Below are positions 62,980 through 64,000 of a DNA stretch of 64,000 nucleotides, piece by piece (the first letter of the stretch is position 1; the number at the start of each line of letters is the position of its first letter). Made by a program: the position numbers and the translations under genes. Below the pieces are notes generated by a model that saw nothing but the letters and a program-made list of their open reading frames with translations, was not told where the DNA came from and did not search any database. The stretch is from Ramazzottius varieornatus. Lineage: Eukaryota > Animalia > Tardigrada. The stretch spans positions 310,001 to 374,000 of the forward strand of contig BDGG01000017.1 in the NCBI GenBank assembly GCA_001949185.1, read 5' to 3'.

Positions 62980-64000
62980 GGTTGGTAGCGGAGAACAAAG
63001 CAAGTTTACCGGTGGACGGATGTGATAGAAGAAGCAAAAGTACTGCTTGACACTTCTCGGTGTGAAAGATACGCAGTGCTTTTATACCATATCAGAAATG
63101 GCTGACTCGACCGCCGATGTCTTGCGGAATATTGGACCACCGGCCACGAAAAGAGGTCGACATGACAGGGCCGAAGAAAGCATCGAGGAAATTTGTTTTC
63201 GGCTTCGTCCGAAGACACAAATCCTTCTTGCGAAATGATATATCGATAGCCATTACTAAACATTTGTCAGCCAGCCGATATCTGTTGAGATTCTGTAGCA
63301 CATGCCAGCTGTATATTGTCGAACCTGGAAAGAACCTCGGTATATCGTTTTTGACTGGACGTAAGACCACTTTACATTCTCCCCGATCTCCCAAAGACCA
63401 TTCACTTCCAAGAGTGCAAAAAGTCCAGACTAACGCGCATTGCACAGACCACGAGGACAGTTCTACCTTGTTTCAGGTCAGAAAACGTAAAACGTTGTGT
63501 CGGCCCGTATTATTTTCTCATGCATACTATATGTCCTAGAATTTCTCTTCTTCATTTAAGGCGAGCGCTGGAAGTTAGAAGCACGTTTTCGGTTATAGCA
63601 GCAAGAGCATCATTGTGTAACGAGAAGCTGTTTCGGATGGCCTTGACCCAGTTGGGTTGCCGGCCCTCGGCAGACTTACTACTGTAAATTTGTCCAGTAT
63701 CGCGGACTTCGACAGAGGCCAAATGCTTTACCATAGGCCATTGCGCCATGTCAGATCTGGCCTAGTTATGGCCTATGTGCTATCATTTTGCAAAAGTGGA
63801 CGAAAATGATGATAGTTTTTTGGCAGTGTTGGGCAGAAGAAAAGGTGCCGGCCAACTCATTCCAGCATGGAAATTTGCAAGACAAATGAACAGACGCAGC
63901 ACTCGAGCTTGTCCATCCAACCCGAAAAGATACCCATCCATCAGGACAGAAAAGTTCGACAGGGGTTCTGTGAGCACATTTAGTAGGTGTTAGTTGACAT

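Overview
Eukaryotic (animal) genomic DNA from a compact, gene-dense invertebrate genome with mostly 50-100 nt GT-AG introns. The gene set (hillarin, rolling stone, CBM14 chitin-binding, quiver/Ly6-like, GAS8) suggests a panarthropod-type ecdysozoan; this is inference. Spliced genes reconstructed by eye, in order: rolling-stone-like gene plus a decayed tandem paralog, TMEM55/PIP4P-like, MORN2-like, GAS8/DRC4-like, RECK, M13 neprilysin, hillarin, an AQP11/12-type aquaporin, mARC/MOSC, three paralogs of an uncharacterised C2H2/BEN-like protein, a Ly6/quiver-like gene with a PIF/Harbinger transposon in its intron, tRNA-Glu(TTC), a secreted G/A/N/S repeat protein and a CBM14 protein. There are also several MITE families, hAT remnants and a 28S rRNA fragment. 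The most striking unexplained signal is about 17 short arrays of inverted 12-bp boxes (CAAGTGGCGCAC / GTGCGCCACTTG). The boxes are usually separated by a 25-nt spacer whose sequence varies, and the arrays lie almost entirely inside introns of unrelated genes. All family assignments come from recalled motif similarity; no database search was run, and exon boundaries are manual.
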